DNA of 64,000 nt, from NCBI GenBank assembly GCA_965116885.1, contig OZ220741.1, positions 1,568,001-1,632,000 of the forward strand, read 5' to 3'. The notes under the pieces are model-generated. The model saw only the letters and a program-made list of their open reading frames with translations, was not told the DNA's origin and searched no databases. Position 1 is the first letter of the stretch. Each line of letters opens with the position of its first letter. This stretch comes from Candidatus Latescibacterota bacterium. GTDB taxonomy: Bacteria; Latescibacterota; UBA2968. Shown here piece after piece: positions 54,863 to 64,000 of the stretch. Position numbers and translations under genes: made by a program.

Positions 54863-57322
54863 ATGAACAATTGTGATCGACCAATCCGCAAGTTCAATCC
54901 GGGGACGTTTCAGTCCGACGAGGAGGTGATTGAGCAGTTCGCGGTGAGGAAACACGAACTCGATACGGTGCTTGGGGTGCTGCGTAGGAATATCGGTTCA
55001 CCATCGTGTCAGCACGTTCTGGTGGTCGCGCCTCGGGGTCGGGGAAAGACGATGTTGCTCGCGCGCGTTTCGGCGGAACTGAATACTGACGAGGAACTCT
55101 TCAGGTGTTTTTTGCCGGTTCGGTTTATGGAGGAGAGTCACGAGATATTCGATCTCGCGGATTTTTGGCTGGAGACTTTGTTTTATCTTGCGCAGGAGAG
55201 TGTCAGATACGATTCCGCGCTCGCACAGGAGTTGCGAGAGGCGCACGCCGATCTGACCGATCACTGGGACGAGGCATCGCTCGCGGATCGCGCCCGTAAT
55301 ACTGTTCTGGACGCGGCGGATGGGTTGGGTAAAAAGCTCGTTCTTATGGTGGAAAATCTGCAGGCACTCTGCGAAGATGTGGATGACGATTTTGGCTGGC
55401 AGTTGCGCGGCGCGTTGGAATCCGAGCCTCGGATCGTGTTGCTCGCTACTGCGACGAGTCGCTTTGAGGGGTTGGAAAATGCAGCGGAGCCGTTTTTTGA
55501 GTTGTTCCGAATTGTCGATTTGGAACCGCTGAGCACTGAGGACTGCTGCCGTCTGTGGGAGGTGGTCAGTGGCGATGTGGTGACTGAGCGCGAGATCAGG
55601 CCGCTCGAGATCCTGACCGGTGGCAATCCCCGTCTTCTAATCATGGTTGCCGAGTTCGCGCAGCACAGGTCGTTGCGCCAGTTGATGGAAGAACTGGTGA
55701 CGCTGATTGACGAGCATACCGAGTATTTTCGCGGTTATCTGGAGGCTTTGCCCAGGAGCGAGCGTCGCGTGTATCTCGCGTTGATTGATTTTTGGCGACC
55801 ATCGAGTACGAGCGAGATCGCGGCACGGGCGCGTATGGGGGTTCGGCCCGTATCGACTATGCTCGGTCGGCTTGTCAGTCGGGGTGCGGTCGTCGTGGAG
55901 GGGACTGGCAGGAAGCGATTGTACGCCGCAGGGGAACCTCTCTATAGCATCTATTACAAGCTGCGGCGCGAGCGCGACGAGGCGACAGGTATGAGGCGTC
56001 TGATCCATTTCATGATGGCGTTTTACGGGATAGGCAAGTTGTACCAGATGTCTGGTCGGCTGAGTTTGGAGGCGGCAGAGTCAAAGGTTATTCGCGAGGG
56101 TATTGAGCGTGCGCTCGCCGAACAACCGGATGTTGAGGACAGTTTTTTACGCGTGGCAGGGTCGGCTGTCGAATATATATCGGATAAAGCGACGGCAAAT
56201 GCGCCATTCACAGCGGAACTGCGTTTAAAAGAGGAGATCCGAACGGCGCTCGATGAGAAAGAATTTGAAAGGGTTATCGAGATTGGTGACCATTTTATCG
56301 CTTCAGGAGGCGTGGATGTATCTCTGATGCCAGAGTCTCTGCTTGCCTACATCTTGCATATGAGGGCTATTGCTTATGAAAAATTGGAGAATTTCCAGGG
56401 GGTGGTCGCGGTTTGCGATGAGATGGTTGAGCGTTTCGACGACGCGAGCGACCATACACTTCAGGCGCGGATGGCTCGCGTATTGATCCACGGGGCAAGA
56501 GCGCGATATGAACTCGGAGAGTTGGGGTTGGTGATGTCGGCATATGAGGAGGTGATTGAGCGTTTTGGTGCCAGCGACGCGCCCGATTTCCAGTTTCCGG
56601 TCGCTCTGGCGCTGTTAAAAAAGGGAGATTTGCAAGTTCAACAGAGAGAGTTGGGGCTGGCGGTGTCTGTATATGAAGAGGTGATTGCCCGCTTTGGCGC
56701 CAGCGATGCATCGGGGATTCAGGTTTTGGTCGCCTGGGCGTTGTCCCAAAAGGGAGATTTGCAAGTTCAGCTAAGAGAGTTGGATTTGGCGATGTCAGCG
56801 TATGAAGAGGTGATCGAGCGTTTTGGTGCCAGCGATGTGCCAGCGATCCGGGTTCTGATCGCCTGGGCATTATCCCAAAAGGGTATGATACAAATTAAGG
56901 TGGAGCGTATGAAAGAAGCTATGCTCATAAGTGAAGAGCTTGAGGGAAGACTCGGTGCGTTGGCTGACGATGAGAAGGTGGTGTTTGTATGGCGAGCAAG
57001 GTATGTCCAGGCTTTGGCATTGCTGCTCAGGAACAGACTACGGATGGCTATGGATGTATTTCAGTCGGCGTATGCGGTGTTCTTACCTGACAACGAGACG
57101 ATGATGTATGAGATGCTACAACTCGTGCCCGATTTGATCGCAAACGGTGCCTCGGAGCCTGATCTTGTCGATATTCTCCTGTCCAGGGGGAAATCCGATG
57201 CGTTGGAACCGCTTATTGTTGCCTTACGACAGCGTTCCGGCGAGGTGGTTCGCGCGCCTGTGGAGGTTCTTGAGGTGGCGAGGGATATTAACAAGCGTAT
57301 TGAGTTTTTTCTAAATGCATGA
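54863..57322 (+). CDS. STAND-like AAA ATPase-wHTH-TPR protein (long allele)
   Basis: Close paralog of 52353-54152; APRGRGKT, GGNPR, three 43-aa repeats at 129-bp period. Confidence 0.88.
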   Translation: MNNCDRPIRKFNPGTFQSDEEVIEQFAVRKHELDTVLGVLRRNIGSPSCQHVLVVAPRGRGKTMLLARVSAELNTDEELFRCFLPVRFMEESHEIFDLADFWLETLFYLAQESVRYDSALAQELREAHADLTDHWDEASLADRARNTVLDAADGLGKKLVLMVENLQALCEDVDDDFGWQLRGALESEPRIVLLATATSRFEGLENAAEPFFELFRIVDLEPLSTEDCCRLWEVVSGDVVTEREIRPLEILTGGNPRLLIMVAEFAQHRSLRQLMEELVTLIDEHTEYFRGYLEALPRSERRVYLALIDFWRPSSTSEIAARARMGVRPVSTMLGRLVSRGAVVVEGTGRKRLYAAGEPLYSIYYKLRRERDEATGMRRLIHFMMAFYGIGKLYQMSGRLSLEAAESKVIREGIERALAEQPDVEDSFLRVAGSAVEYISDKATANAPFTAELRLKEEIRTALDEKEFERVIEIGDHFIASGGVDVSLMPESLLAYILHMRAIAYEKLENFQGVVAVCDEMVERFDDASDHTLQARMARVLIHGARARYELGELGLVMSAYEEVIERFGASDAPDFQFPVALALLKKGDLQVQQRELGLAVSVYEEVIARFGASDASGIQVLVAWALSQKGDLQVQLRELDLAMSAYEEVIERFGASDVPAIRVLIAWALSQKGMIQIKVERMKEAMLISEELEGRLGALADDEKVVFVWRARYVQALALLLRNRLRMAMDVFQSAYAVFLPDNETMMYEMLQLVPDLIANGASEPDLVDILLSRGKSDALEPLIVALRQRSGEVVRAPVEVLEVARDINKRIEFFLNA

Positions 57323-57391
57323 AAACATTAAAATTTAAAAAACATAATATGAATACGCGATCTTGCTTTTTGCCAATCCCGTTTTATTTTT

Positions 57392-58576
57392 TTAAAATGT
57401 GTCTCCCAATATGCGAATGAATAATGTGCCGCTAAATCGCACTTGTGCGCGTTTCAGTATTTCGATTTTTTGTTTTTTTTCTGTAAGTTCTTGTTCCATT
57501 CGCCTCAATTTAAGATAGTGAATTGGCGGATAAGTCCTTTTTGAGATTTCCAGTTTTTCACAAATTCTCAATATTTCCTCCGATAGATTTTTTTCGCGTT
57601 CTGATAAGTTTTGAAGGATGGGCTGAAGTCGAGAGATGTTCTCTTTTTGGGCAAATTGAAATTTCAATGACCGGGGGGCGATGGTGATGGCATTGGGGGT
57701 TTCGCGTCCGGGAGAGAATGTATCAGATGATTTGAGCTGTCCAGATACAAGACTGTTTTCGGGGATCTGATTTACCAGTTGCTCATAGGTTTCGTCTTTT
57801 AACTGGCGTATCTGTATTTTTACGGGGCGATCTGTTTCTCGCACGCGCACTTTGTCTGGTAAGATGGCGCCGTGCTCTCCGCATGTTTGAACCCGTCCGT
57901 TGACTATGATCCAGAACATGGCGGGTTTGGCGTCGAGGATTACACCTTCTCCGCGTACGTGCTCCCGCGTGTGTCGCCAGCGTCCTTCAAAGGTTAAGAT
58001 GGTTTCTGTGTCGGCTCTGCGATAATTTGCGTATGCAGCAGAGGGGGTGGCCATGAGGTATCTGAATGATTGCCAGATGCCTCCCATGTGCAATATGGGC
58101 AGAAATATCAGGAGCATAAGCAAAAGTCCGATTAACAGACAACCTTCTCCCGTAGATCCAGTTTTGATTCTGTATTTTGCGTTGCCGGGAAAGACACAGG
58201 GCGCTGAATAGGGATAAAACAGGGGTACACCGCTTTTGGTGGCGCAATCGGCGATTATATGGCTCATATAGCCCAGGATTAGGGCCGTGTAACACGGAAT
58301 TTGCCAGATGAGCAAGGGCCAGATCATAACCGATAGGGTGAGCAGGCAGAGCAACGAGTGTGTGATGGTGCGGTGTCCCCATTGCTTCTCGATGGGGATG
58401 GAGGCAAATGGGAGCACGCGACCGATATAACTGCGTGGGGAATCTATATCCGGGAGCACGCTGCCTATGATGGTGCCTGCGATAGCGGGGAGGTTGTGGT
58501 GAAGGGGCATGGAGAAGAAGGAAAAGGATCCCGCTACGGTGAGTAGTCCAAATGCAATATGTGTGGGAGCTGTCAT
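57392..58576 (-). CDS. YdjM/DUF457-type membrane metal-dependent hydrolase with C-terminal extension
   Basis: MTAPTH, GSVLPDID, GHRTITHS, GYMSHIIAD..T.SGV. Confidence 0.85.
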   Translation of the reverse strand: MTAPTHIAFGLLTVAGSFSFFSMPLHHNLPAIAGTIIGSVLPDIDSPRSYIGRVLPFASIPIEKQWGHRTITHSLLCLLTLSVMIWPLLIWQIPCYTALILGYMSHIIADCATKSGVPLFYPYSAPCVFPGNAKYRIKTGSTGEGCLLIGLLLMLLIFLPILHMGGIWQSFRYLMATPSAAYANYRRADTETILTFEGRWRHTREHVRGEGVILDAKPAMFWIIVNGRVQTCGEHGAILPDKVRVRETDRPVKIQIRQLKDETYEQLVNQIPENSLVSGQLKSSDTFSPGRETPNAITIAPRSLKFQFAQKENISRLQPILQNLSEREKNLSEEILRICEKLEISKRTYPPIHYLKLRRMEQELTEKKQKIEILKRAQVRFSGTLFIRILGDTF

Positions 58577-58641
58577 CGTTTGAACCTGTACTTGAAGAAG
58601 CGAATGCCTGCGATTTTTTGTTTTGATGATTGGTGCATCAT
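58573..58641 (-). CDS. 22-aa basic small ORF or gene stub
   Basis: GAGGG RBS, MMHQSSKQKIAGIRFFKYRFKR*, ATGA overlap with the next gene. Confidence 0.3.
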   Translation of the reverse strand: MMHQSSKQKIAGIRFFKYRFKR

Positions 58642-58680
58642 GAGAAATACCCTCTTGTGCAGGTTGGTGTTGCAGTGTTT

Positions 58681-59475
58681 TCAAGATTGATTTTTCCCGT
58701 TTGAACGCGCATCGCGTTTTGTGGTGGTCACATCGACGAGGGTGCCGGGGCGGACATATTTTCCCGCATTTAAAAAGAGACCCGTTACTTTGCACGTCCC
58801 GCTTTGTGGATCGATGATGGGGCTGATCCCGATAATGCGACCGGACAGGGCGCGTTTTCCGCCGGCAGTTGGCACGGCAGACAGCGGCATATTTATCTGG
58901 ATCGCGTTCAGCTTGTCTTCGGGCACAAACAGATGTACCTGAAGATCCCTGGGGTCGATGATCCGCGCGACCTCGGTGTAAGCCAGTATCCAGTCGCCCG
59001 GCTTTACATTGACCTCGACCACCATCCCGTTCTGGGGTGCGATGATTGTGGTTTTGTCCAGTTCTATGCGCGTGGTGACCCAGTTGCAGTGCGCGACCTC
59101 GGCATCAAAGCGGACATTTTCAAGCTGTTGGTCACTGATCAGCTTCTTTTTATGCAACACTTCCCATCGCGCTTGCAAGGTCTGAGCTTTCTTCAGTGCA
59201 ATTCGGGCCGCGGTTTCCTTCAGGCGCAGATCTCGGCGGGTTAATACCATGAGGGTATCCCCTTTGACGACCAGATCTCCCTCATCAAAGTTGACGTGCT
59301 GTATCCGCGCATTCAGGCCAGCATAGACGGTCGCCGACCGCGCAGGTACTAAAGGTGCCCGCAATATGAGTTCTTCTGCGCCAGCTCTTGTGGCAATGAG
59401 GATGAGGAACAGACCGCAGAGAAACAAAGCGTTGTGTCCTATAAGGCGAAGAGTTGCAAATGACTGGTGAACCAT
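58681..59475 (-). CDS. efflux RND/ABC periplasmic adaptor (MFP) subunit
   Basis: EGDLV.KGD.L lipoyl half-motifs, IIAPQNG.V, ISPIIDPQSGT, RPG; AGGAGG RBS. Confidence 0.85.
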   Translation of the reverse strand: MVHQSFATLRLIGHNALFLCGLFLILIATRAGAEELILRAPLVPARSATVYAGLNARIQHVNFDEGDLVVKGDTLMVLTRRDLRLKETAARIALKKAQTLQARWEVLHKKKLISDQQLENVRFDAEVAHCNWVTTRIELDKTTIIAPQNGMVVEVNVKPGDWILAYTEVARIIDPRDLQVHLFVPEDKLNAIQINMPLSAVPTAGGKRALSGRIIGISPIIDPQSGTCKVTGLFLNAGKYVRPGTLVDVTTTKRDARSNGKNQS

Positions 59476-59528
59476 GAGAAACGCCCTCCTGTGTGGGTTG
59501 GGATTGAAACTTCGTGCCCTTCATATAG

Positions 59529-59545
59529 CGCAAATACCGTGCCAA
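59529..59545 (-). promoter_or_regulatory. sigma-54 promoter (-24/-12)
   Basis: TTGGCACGGTATTTGC = TGGCAC-N5-TTGC with exact spacing. Confidence 0.85.
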
Positions 59546-59621
59546 AGTTTTCAAAAATCCCATAACTACTTGCAGGAGAGCGTGTTTTTAAAAAATGCCG
59601 CGAAAAGGACATGTGGGAAAC

Positions 59622-59658
59622 TGTTTCATATGACACAGTAAGTGTTTCATTTGAAACA
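59622..59658. promoter_or_regulatory. tandem enhancer-like palindromes (bEBP upstream activating sites)
   Basis: TGTTTCATATGACACA and TGTTTCATTTGAAACA, 21 bp apart. Confidence 0.7.
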
Positions 59659-59684
59659 GGGGAATTACAGAGGAGAGTACACAA

Positions 59685-59713
59685 AAAATGCCCTGAAGAA
59701 CACAGGGCATTTT
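59685..59713. terminator. terminator downstream of pyrK
   Basis: AAAATGCCCTG-N7-CAGGGCATTTT. Confidence 0.75.
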
Positions 59714-59827
59714 GGAGGGTGATTATTGTAGGCATTCTTCAATTGCCTACAAGGCAGGTCTTAGAGTTTGATCACGGCAATGAGAATGCCCGTTATACAG
59801 CAAAAAGTCAATGGACTATGCCCGCTT

Positions 59828-60628
59828 TCACCACACAATTTCGTGGGCGTTGAGGACGGGTCCTTCGAGGCAGACGCAGCGATAGCGGCGGTCTTCGGTG
59901 GGGTAGGTTTTGTATTCGACTACGCATCCGACACAGGCGCCAAAACCGCAGGCCATGTGGTTTTCGAGGGAGGCAAAGCAGGGGGTGTTTAATTCGGCGG
60001 CGATATGGGCGACGCGCGCCATCATGGGATGGGGACCACAGGTGAGGATGGTGGTGTGGTTTGGGAGGGTGTGCTCGGCAATGAGTTCGGTGACAAAGCC
60101 GCGGTGTCCTGTGCTGCCGTCATCAGTGGCGATGTGGAGGGGTAGGTCGGCGGGTAAGAGCGCAGACATGTCGGGCAGGCGCGCGGCATTTGCTGCGCCC
60201 ATGAGGTAGATCATGTCGGGACGGCGGTCGGGGTGTTCCCACGCCAAAAATGCGAGGGGAACGAGGCCGACGCCACCGGCGACGAGGAGGATGCGTTTGG
60301 ATTTTGGAGGGTCGAAAGGACGACCCAGTGGTCCGCTGACGTCAAATTGGTCGCCGCATTGGGCATGGGATAAGCGCTCGGTGCCGGGTCCGATTACGTC
60401 GTAGATGAGGTCGAGCCACCCAGCTTTGCGATCTGCGCGCAATACGCTGAAGGGACGGCGGAGATATGGGGAGAGATTAGGATCAGTCAGGATTTGCAGG
60501 AATTGCGCGGGGCGAGAGGTGGTCGCGAGCCGGGGCGCATGCAGGCGCATGAGATATACGCCCTGTGCAATGGGATCATTTTTTTGTACAGTGGCAGGTT
60601 CGGAGATGAAGTTTGGGATTTCGGGCAT
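59828..60628 (-). CDS. pyrK: dihydroorotate dehydrogenase electron transfer subunit
   Basis: LRRPFS, GPLG, AGGVG, TDDGS, CGP, MACGFGACVGC, C.EGPV. Confidence 0.9.
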   Translation of the reverse strand: MPEIPNFISEPATVQKNDPIAQGVYLMRLHAPRLATTSRPAQFLQILTDPNLSPYLRRPFSVLRADRKAGWLDLIYDVIGPGTERLSHAQCGDQFDVSGPLGRPFDPPKSKRILLVAGGVGLVPLAFLAWEHPDRRPDMIYLMGAANAARLPDMSALLPADLPLHIATDDGSTGHRGFVTELIAEHTLPNHTTILTCGPHPMMARVAHIAAELNTPCFASLENHMACGFGACVGCVVEYKTYPTEDRRYRCVCLEGPVLNAHEIVW

Positions 60629-60631
60629 TAT

Positions 60632-62725
60632 CTACTCTGGTGGTTCAAAATAGATGGATATGTTTATCCACATGTCGCGCGGCACGTCTTCGTGTATTCC
60701 AGGTTCAAAGGTGTATTGCTGTACGGCTTTTACTGCGGCGCTGTGAAATAATTCGGGTCCCGAGGTTACATGGACTTCGCCCACGCTGCCGTTTTTTAAG
60801 ATCAGCAAGCGCAGGATGACTGTGGTGGGTTTGCCATCGGCTCTGGCTTCTTCGGGGTATTCGGGCTCGATTTCTTCTACGACCTGAGGTTCTTCATCGG
60901 CATCTACGGCTTCCATGATACCGCCTCCGATAATGACATCGGGTTTGAAGGCGGGTTTTGGGGGAGGTGTTTTTTGTGTTCTAAGCTCTGATATATCAGT
61001 ATCTGTTATATCAGACCGCGTTGTGTCGGGCTGGGTATCCGACGGTTGCGTTTGGGTGGAATCTGCTGGCTCAGGCGGGGGGTCGAGAAATTTGCCCTTG
61101 AGTTTGTCGGTTGCAATTTTGCCGTATTGTGTCAGGGGATATCGCTCCTGCACTTGTTCGTAAATGGTTTTTGCCTGTTCGCGTTGGTCCAGATCGTTTT
61201 CATAGGTCCAGGCGAGGGCAAAAAGTGCCTGTGGCGCAAAGAGGCTGTTGGGATATTCGTCGGCTATTTGTCGATAGATGGGTGCAATATCCTGTGCGGG
61301 TGTGCCTTCCTGGATGCGTTTTTCAGCTTCGAGAAATCGCGTTTCAGCCTGGGCATCATCGTCGCGATTTTGATTGAGGCGCGTCCTGGCTTCAATGGTA
61401 TAAGGCGTGTTGGGATGTCGGTCGAGGAGCAGTTGGAATTGTTCGCGCGCTGCGGGTTCATTTTTCAGGCTGTCGGCATAAATAAGCCCGATGGCATAAT
61501 GCGCTTTGGGTGCGAGATCAGAACTGTCGGATAGGGTCAATACGCGCTGATAAATACTCAGGGCCGAATCGGGTTCGCCGAGATTAAAGAGGTATAGTTC
61601 AGCGAGATCAAAAAGCGGTCCCAATGCTTTTTGTGGGTCTTCGGCTTTTTCGATCTGACTTTGATAGCGTTCGAGTGCTACGAGGTCTTTTTGCCGTTGC
61701 AAAGCGAGTTTGCCCTCGTCTGAACTTCTATCTTCGCGAACGGCTTTTTCAAATAGTTCTTTGGCTTTTTCCAGGTTTTTACGCGATTTTTGTTCGATGA
61801 GGCCCAGGCGATAAAAAGCTTCTGCGCTGTATTCGCTACGGGGATATTTTTTTCCGACATCACTGTAAATTTCTTCCGCAGTTTCAACTTGATCTTTCAG
61901 TTGGTATATAAGCGCCTGTTTGAGGCGGATTTCGGCTTCGTAAATGCGAAGCCGTTTGATTTTTAATATTTTTTTATAGGTGTCCAATGCCTCGTCGTAT
62001 TTCTGCTGGCGCTCGAGGGTTTCGCCAATTTTGACGCGGGTTTCAAAATTTGTTCTGGTATCGGGTTTTGATTTTAGCACGTTTTTGTAGGCTTCAAGTG
62101 CTTCATCGTATCGGTTTAATTCGAGGAGGTTATTGCCCACGCCTTGCCAGGCCCGCGCGCGCAATTTGTGCTTTTTGTCGAGTGTTTCGAGTAGTGTCTT
62201 ATAGGATATAATCGCGTCTTCTCTATTGCCCTGCGAGGCCTCCATTTCCGCGAGTGCCAAATTTGATAGGCCGTACAACTCCGGATCGGTTTTTTTGTCG
62301 AAAAGAGAAAATGTAGTCCGCGCTTCATTGGTGCGATTCATTGCCCAGAGTGCGAGGCCCTGCCAGTAGCGCGTTTCGGGGATTAGTTCACTTTGTGGGA
62401 AGAGTTTTTGCAGTTCCTGAAATTTGGTCAGTGCTTCGGCGTAGTCTGCGCGCCAATAAGACGCTTTGCCGATGAGTAGCAGACTGTCGTCGAACCATTT
62501 GCTATCGGGAAAGTATTTGAGCACGATGGATGCTTTGACAATGGCCCGCTGGTAGAGCGCGCGATAGGTCGCAGGCGTTATTCGGCTGCCGGGATTTTCG
62601 GATTCGACGCGTTTTAGTTCGGCAATATTGTAATGTTGTTTGGCATTGTAAAAAGTGTTGTAGTACACACTTTTGCAAGCCAGACAGAGGAAGCAGATGG
62701 ACGCGATGTAGATGAGACGAGACAT
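60632..62725 (-). CDS. TPR lipoprotein with C-terminal TonB domain
   Basis: Lipobox-like CLAC, YYNTFYNA, many TPRs, Pro-rich linker, PEYPEEA...F.PG TonB C-terminus. Confidence 0.8.
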   Translation of the reverse strand: MSRLIYIASICFLCLACKSVYYNTFYNAKQHYNIAELKRVESENPGSRITPATYRALYQRAIVKASIVLKYFPDSKWFDDSLLLIGKASYWRADYAEALTKFQELQKLFPQSELIPETRYWQGLALWAMNRTNEARTTFSLFDKKTDPELYGLSNLALAEMEASQGNREDAIISYKTLLETLDKKHKLRARAWQGVGNNLLELNRYDEALEAYKNVLKSKPDTRTNFETRVKIGETLERQQKYDEALDTYKKILKIKRLRIYEAEIRLKQALIYQLKDQVETAEEIYSDVGKKYPRSEYSAEAFYRLGLIEQKSRKNLEKAKELFEKAVREDRSSDEGKLALQRQKDLVALERYQSQIEKAEDPQKALGPLFDLAELYLFNLGEPDSALSIYQRVLTLSDSSDLAPKAHYAIGLIYADSLKNEPAAREQFQLLLDRHPNTPYTIEARTRLNQNRDDDAQAETRFLEAEKRIQEGTPAQDIAPIYRQIADEYPNSLFAPQALFALAWTYENDLDQREQAKTIYEQVQERYPLTQYGKIATDKLKGKFLDPPPEPADSTQTQPSDTQPDTTRSDITDTDISELRTQKTPPPKPAFKPDVIIGGGIMEAVDADEEPQVVEEIEPEYPEEARADGKPTTVILRLLILKNGSVGEVHVTSGPELFHSAAVKAVQQYTFEPGIHEDVPRDMWINISIYFEPPE

Positions 62726-62730
62726 GGGAT

Positions 62731-63999
62731 TTAAGAAGTATGAAAGTCCTGGAGTGAACGGATGCGAATTGCGCTGTTGTTTTTGAGCGATTGGATGCCG
62801 GCAACAGCCGCCGCCGCGCCCGATAAGGTGGTTGTGTAGGGCAGGCCGTATTGAACGGCGGCCTTGCGAATTTCGGGGTCGGCGGCTTGAGATTGTTCTC
62901 CTGCGGGCGTGTTGATCATGAGAGAAATTTCGCCGTTTTTGATGGCGTCGAGGATATTTGGGCGCCCTTCCTGAATTTTGAAGATCAGGTTGCAGGCTAT
63001 GTTGTGGTTTTGGAGAAAGGCGCGAGTGCCTCGGGTGGCAATCAGGCGAAAATTCATGTCAGATAGTTGTTGGGCAATCGGTATAAGTCCTTCTTTGTCG
63101 TGGTCGTTGACGCTCAAAAATACGGTTCCGTCCTGGGGCAGGCGCACGCCTGCACCGAGTTGCGCTTTTTGAAAGCTGAGGCCAAAGTCGGTATCTATGC
63201 CCATGACTTCGCCCGTGGATTTCATTTCGGGACCGAGTACGGTGTCAACGCCGGGAAATTTGTTGAAGGGCAAGACTGCTTCTTTGACGGCAATGTGGTT
63301 GATGGGCACTTCTCGGGTAAACCCCTGTTCTTTGAGTGTGCGTCCGACCATTGCGCGGACAGCGACTTTTGCCAGGGGCACGCCGATGGCTTTGCTGACA
63401 AAGGGCACTGTGCGCGATGCTCTCGGGTTGACTTCTATAATAAATACGTCTTCGCCTTGAATGGCAAACTGAATGTTCATGAGGCCAACTACGTTGAGTG
63501 CTCTGGCCAGGGCGCGCGTGTGGCTTCGCAGCTCATTGAGGTTGGTGTCGGAGATCTGATATGGGGGCAAGACACAGGCGCTATCGCCAGAGTGAACGCC
63601 CGCGCTTTCGATGTGTTGCATGATGCCGCCGATGACGACTGCTGTTGGGTCTGCTACGGCATCGACATCAAATTCGTGTGCGTCTTCTAAGAACCGGTCG
63701 ATGAGGATGGGCCGTTCAGGAGAGGCTTCTATTGCATTGCGCATATAGGCGATGAGGGCTTCGCGGTCATATACGATTGCCATTGCGCGGCCTCCGAGTA
63801 CGTAAGAGGGACGCACGAGGACTGGATATCCGATTTGTTCGGCTATGGCGATTGCTTCGTCGGTGCTTACTGCGGTGCCGTTTTCGGGTTGTCGTATGCC
63901 CAGTTCTTTGATGAGTGCGCCAAAGCGCTTGCGGTCTTCGGCCAGGTCGATTGCGTCGGGCGATGTGCCGGCGATGTTGAGGCCCCCGCGTTCGAGGTC
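62731..63999 (-). CDS. carB: carbamoyl-phosphate synthase large subunit (C-terminal part; runs off the window)
   Basis: GYPVLVRPSYVLGG, AGVHSGDS, EVNPRASRT, GPEMKSTGE, MGS domain. Confidence 0.97.
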   Translation of the reverse strand, partial: DLERGGLNIAGTSPDAIDLAEDRKRFGALIKELGIRQPENGTAVSTDEAIAIAEQIGYPVLVRPSYVLGGRAMAIVYDREALIAYMRNAIEASPERPILIDRFLEDAHEFDVDAVADPTAVVIGGIMQHIESAGVHSGDSACVLPPYQISDTNLNELRSHTRALARALNVVGLMNIQFAIQGEDVFIIEVNPRASRTVPFVSKAIGVPLAKVAVRAMVGRTLKEQGFTREVPINHIAVKEAVLPFNKFPGVDTVLGPEMKSTGEVMGIDTDFGLSFQKAQLGAGVRLPQDGTVFLSVNDHDKEGLIPIAQQLSDMNFRLIATRGTRAFLQNHNIACNLIFKIQEGRPNILDAIKNGEISLMINTPAGEQSQAADPEIRKAAVQYGLPYTTTLSGAAAAVAGIQSLKNNSAIRIRSLQDFHTS

Positions 64000-64000
64000 G

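Noticed and set aside
52353..57322. Diversity-generating retroelement template/variable repeat pair
   Set aside because: No reverse transcriptase, and differences between paralogs and repeats do not appear adenine-specific

Overview
Bacterial chromosomal segment, probably from an FCB-group organism (Latescibacterota/Gemmatimonadota-like, possibly host/sponge-associated). This is inferred from the dockerin/EF-hand, internalin-type LRR, sulfatase and PorW-like TPR proteins. A housekeeping/metabolic backbone (enolase-family enzymes, LolC/E, rsgA, M32 peptidase, ccm cytochrome c maturation operon, sulfatases, uxuA, ECF sigma operon, pyrK, carB) is interrupted by small accessory blocks. Highlights not evident from the ORF track: (1) a 79-aa Rdx/SelW selenoprotein with an in-frame UGA and a SECIS-like hairpin; (2) a duplicated two-gene ATPase + STAND-like ATPase-wHTH-TPR locus with variable TPR number and a shared CAAC-N6-GTTG operator; (3) three accessory blocks each bracketed by a duplicated 37-59 bp terminator; (4) three intact antitoxins whose toxins (BrnT, probable VapC, MazF) are reduced to stubs by deletions, plus other internally collapsed genes; (5) an Rpn gene with a strong internal RBS (nested antitoxin candidate) and a HEPN-like protein in an island that splits the ccm operon; (6) a sigma-54 promoter with a tandem enhancer. 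No rRNA, tRNA, CRISPR array, integrase or transposase was recognised.
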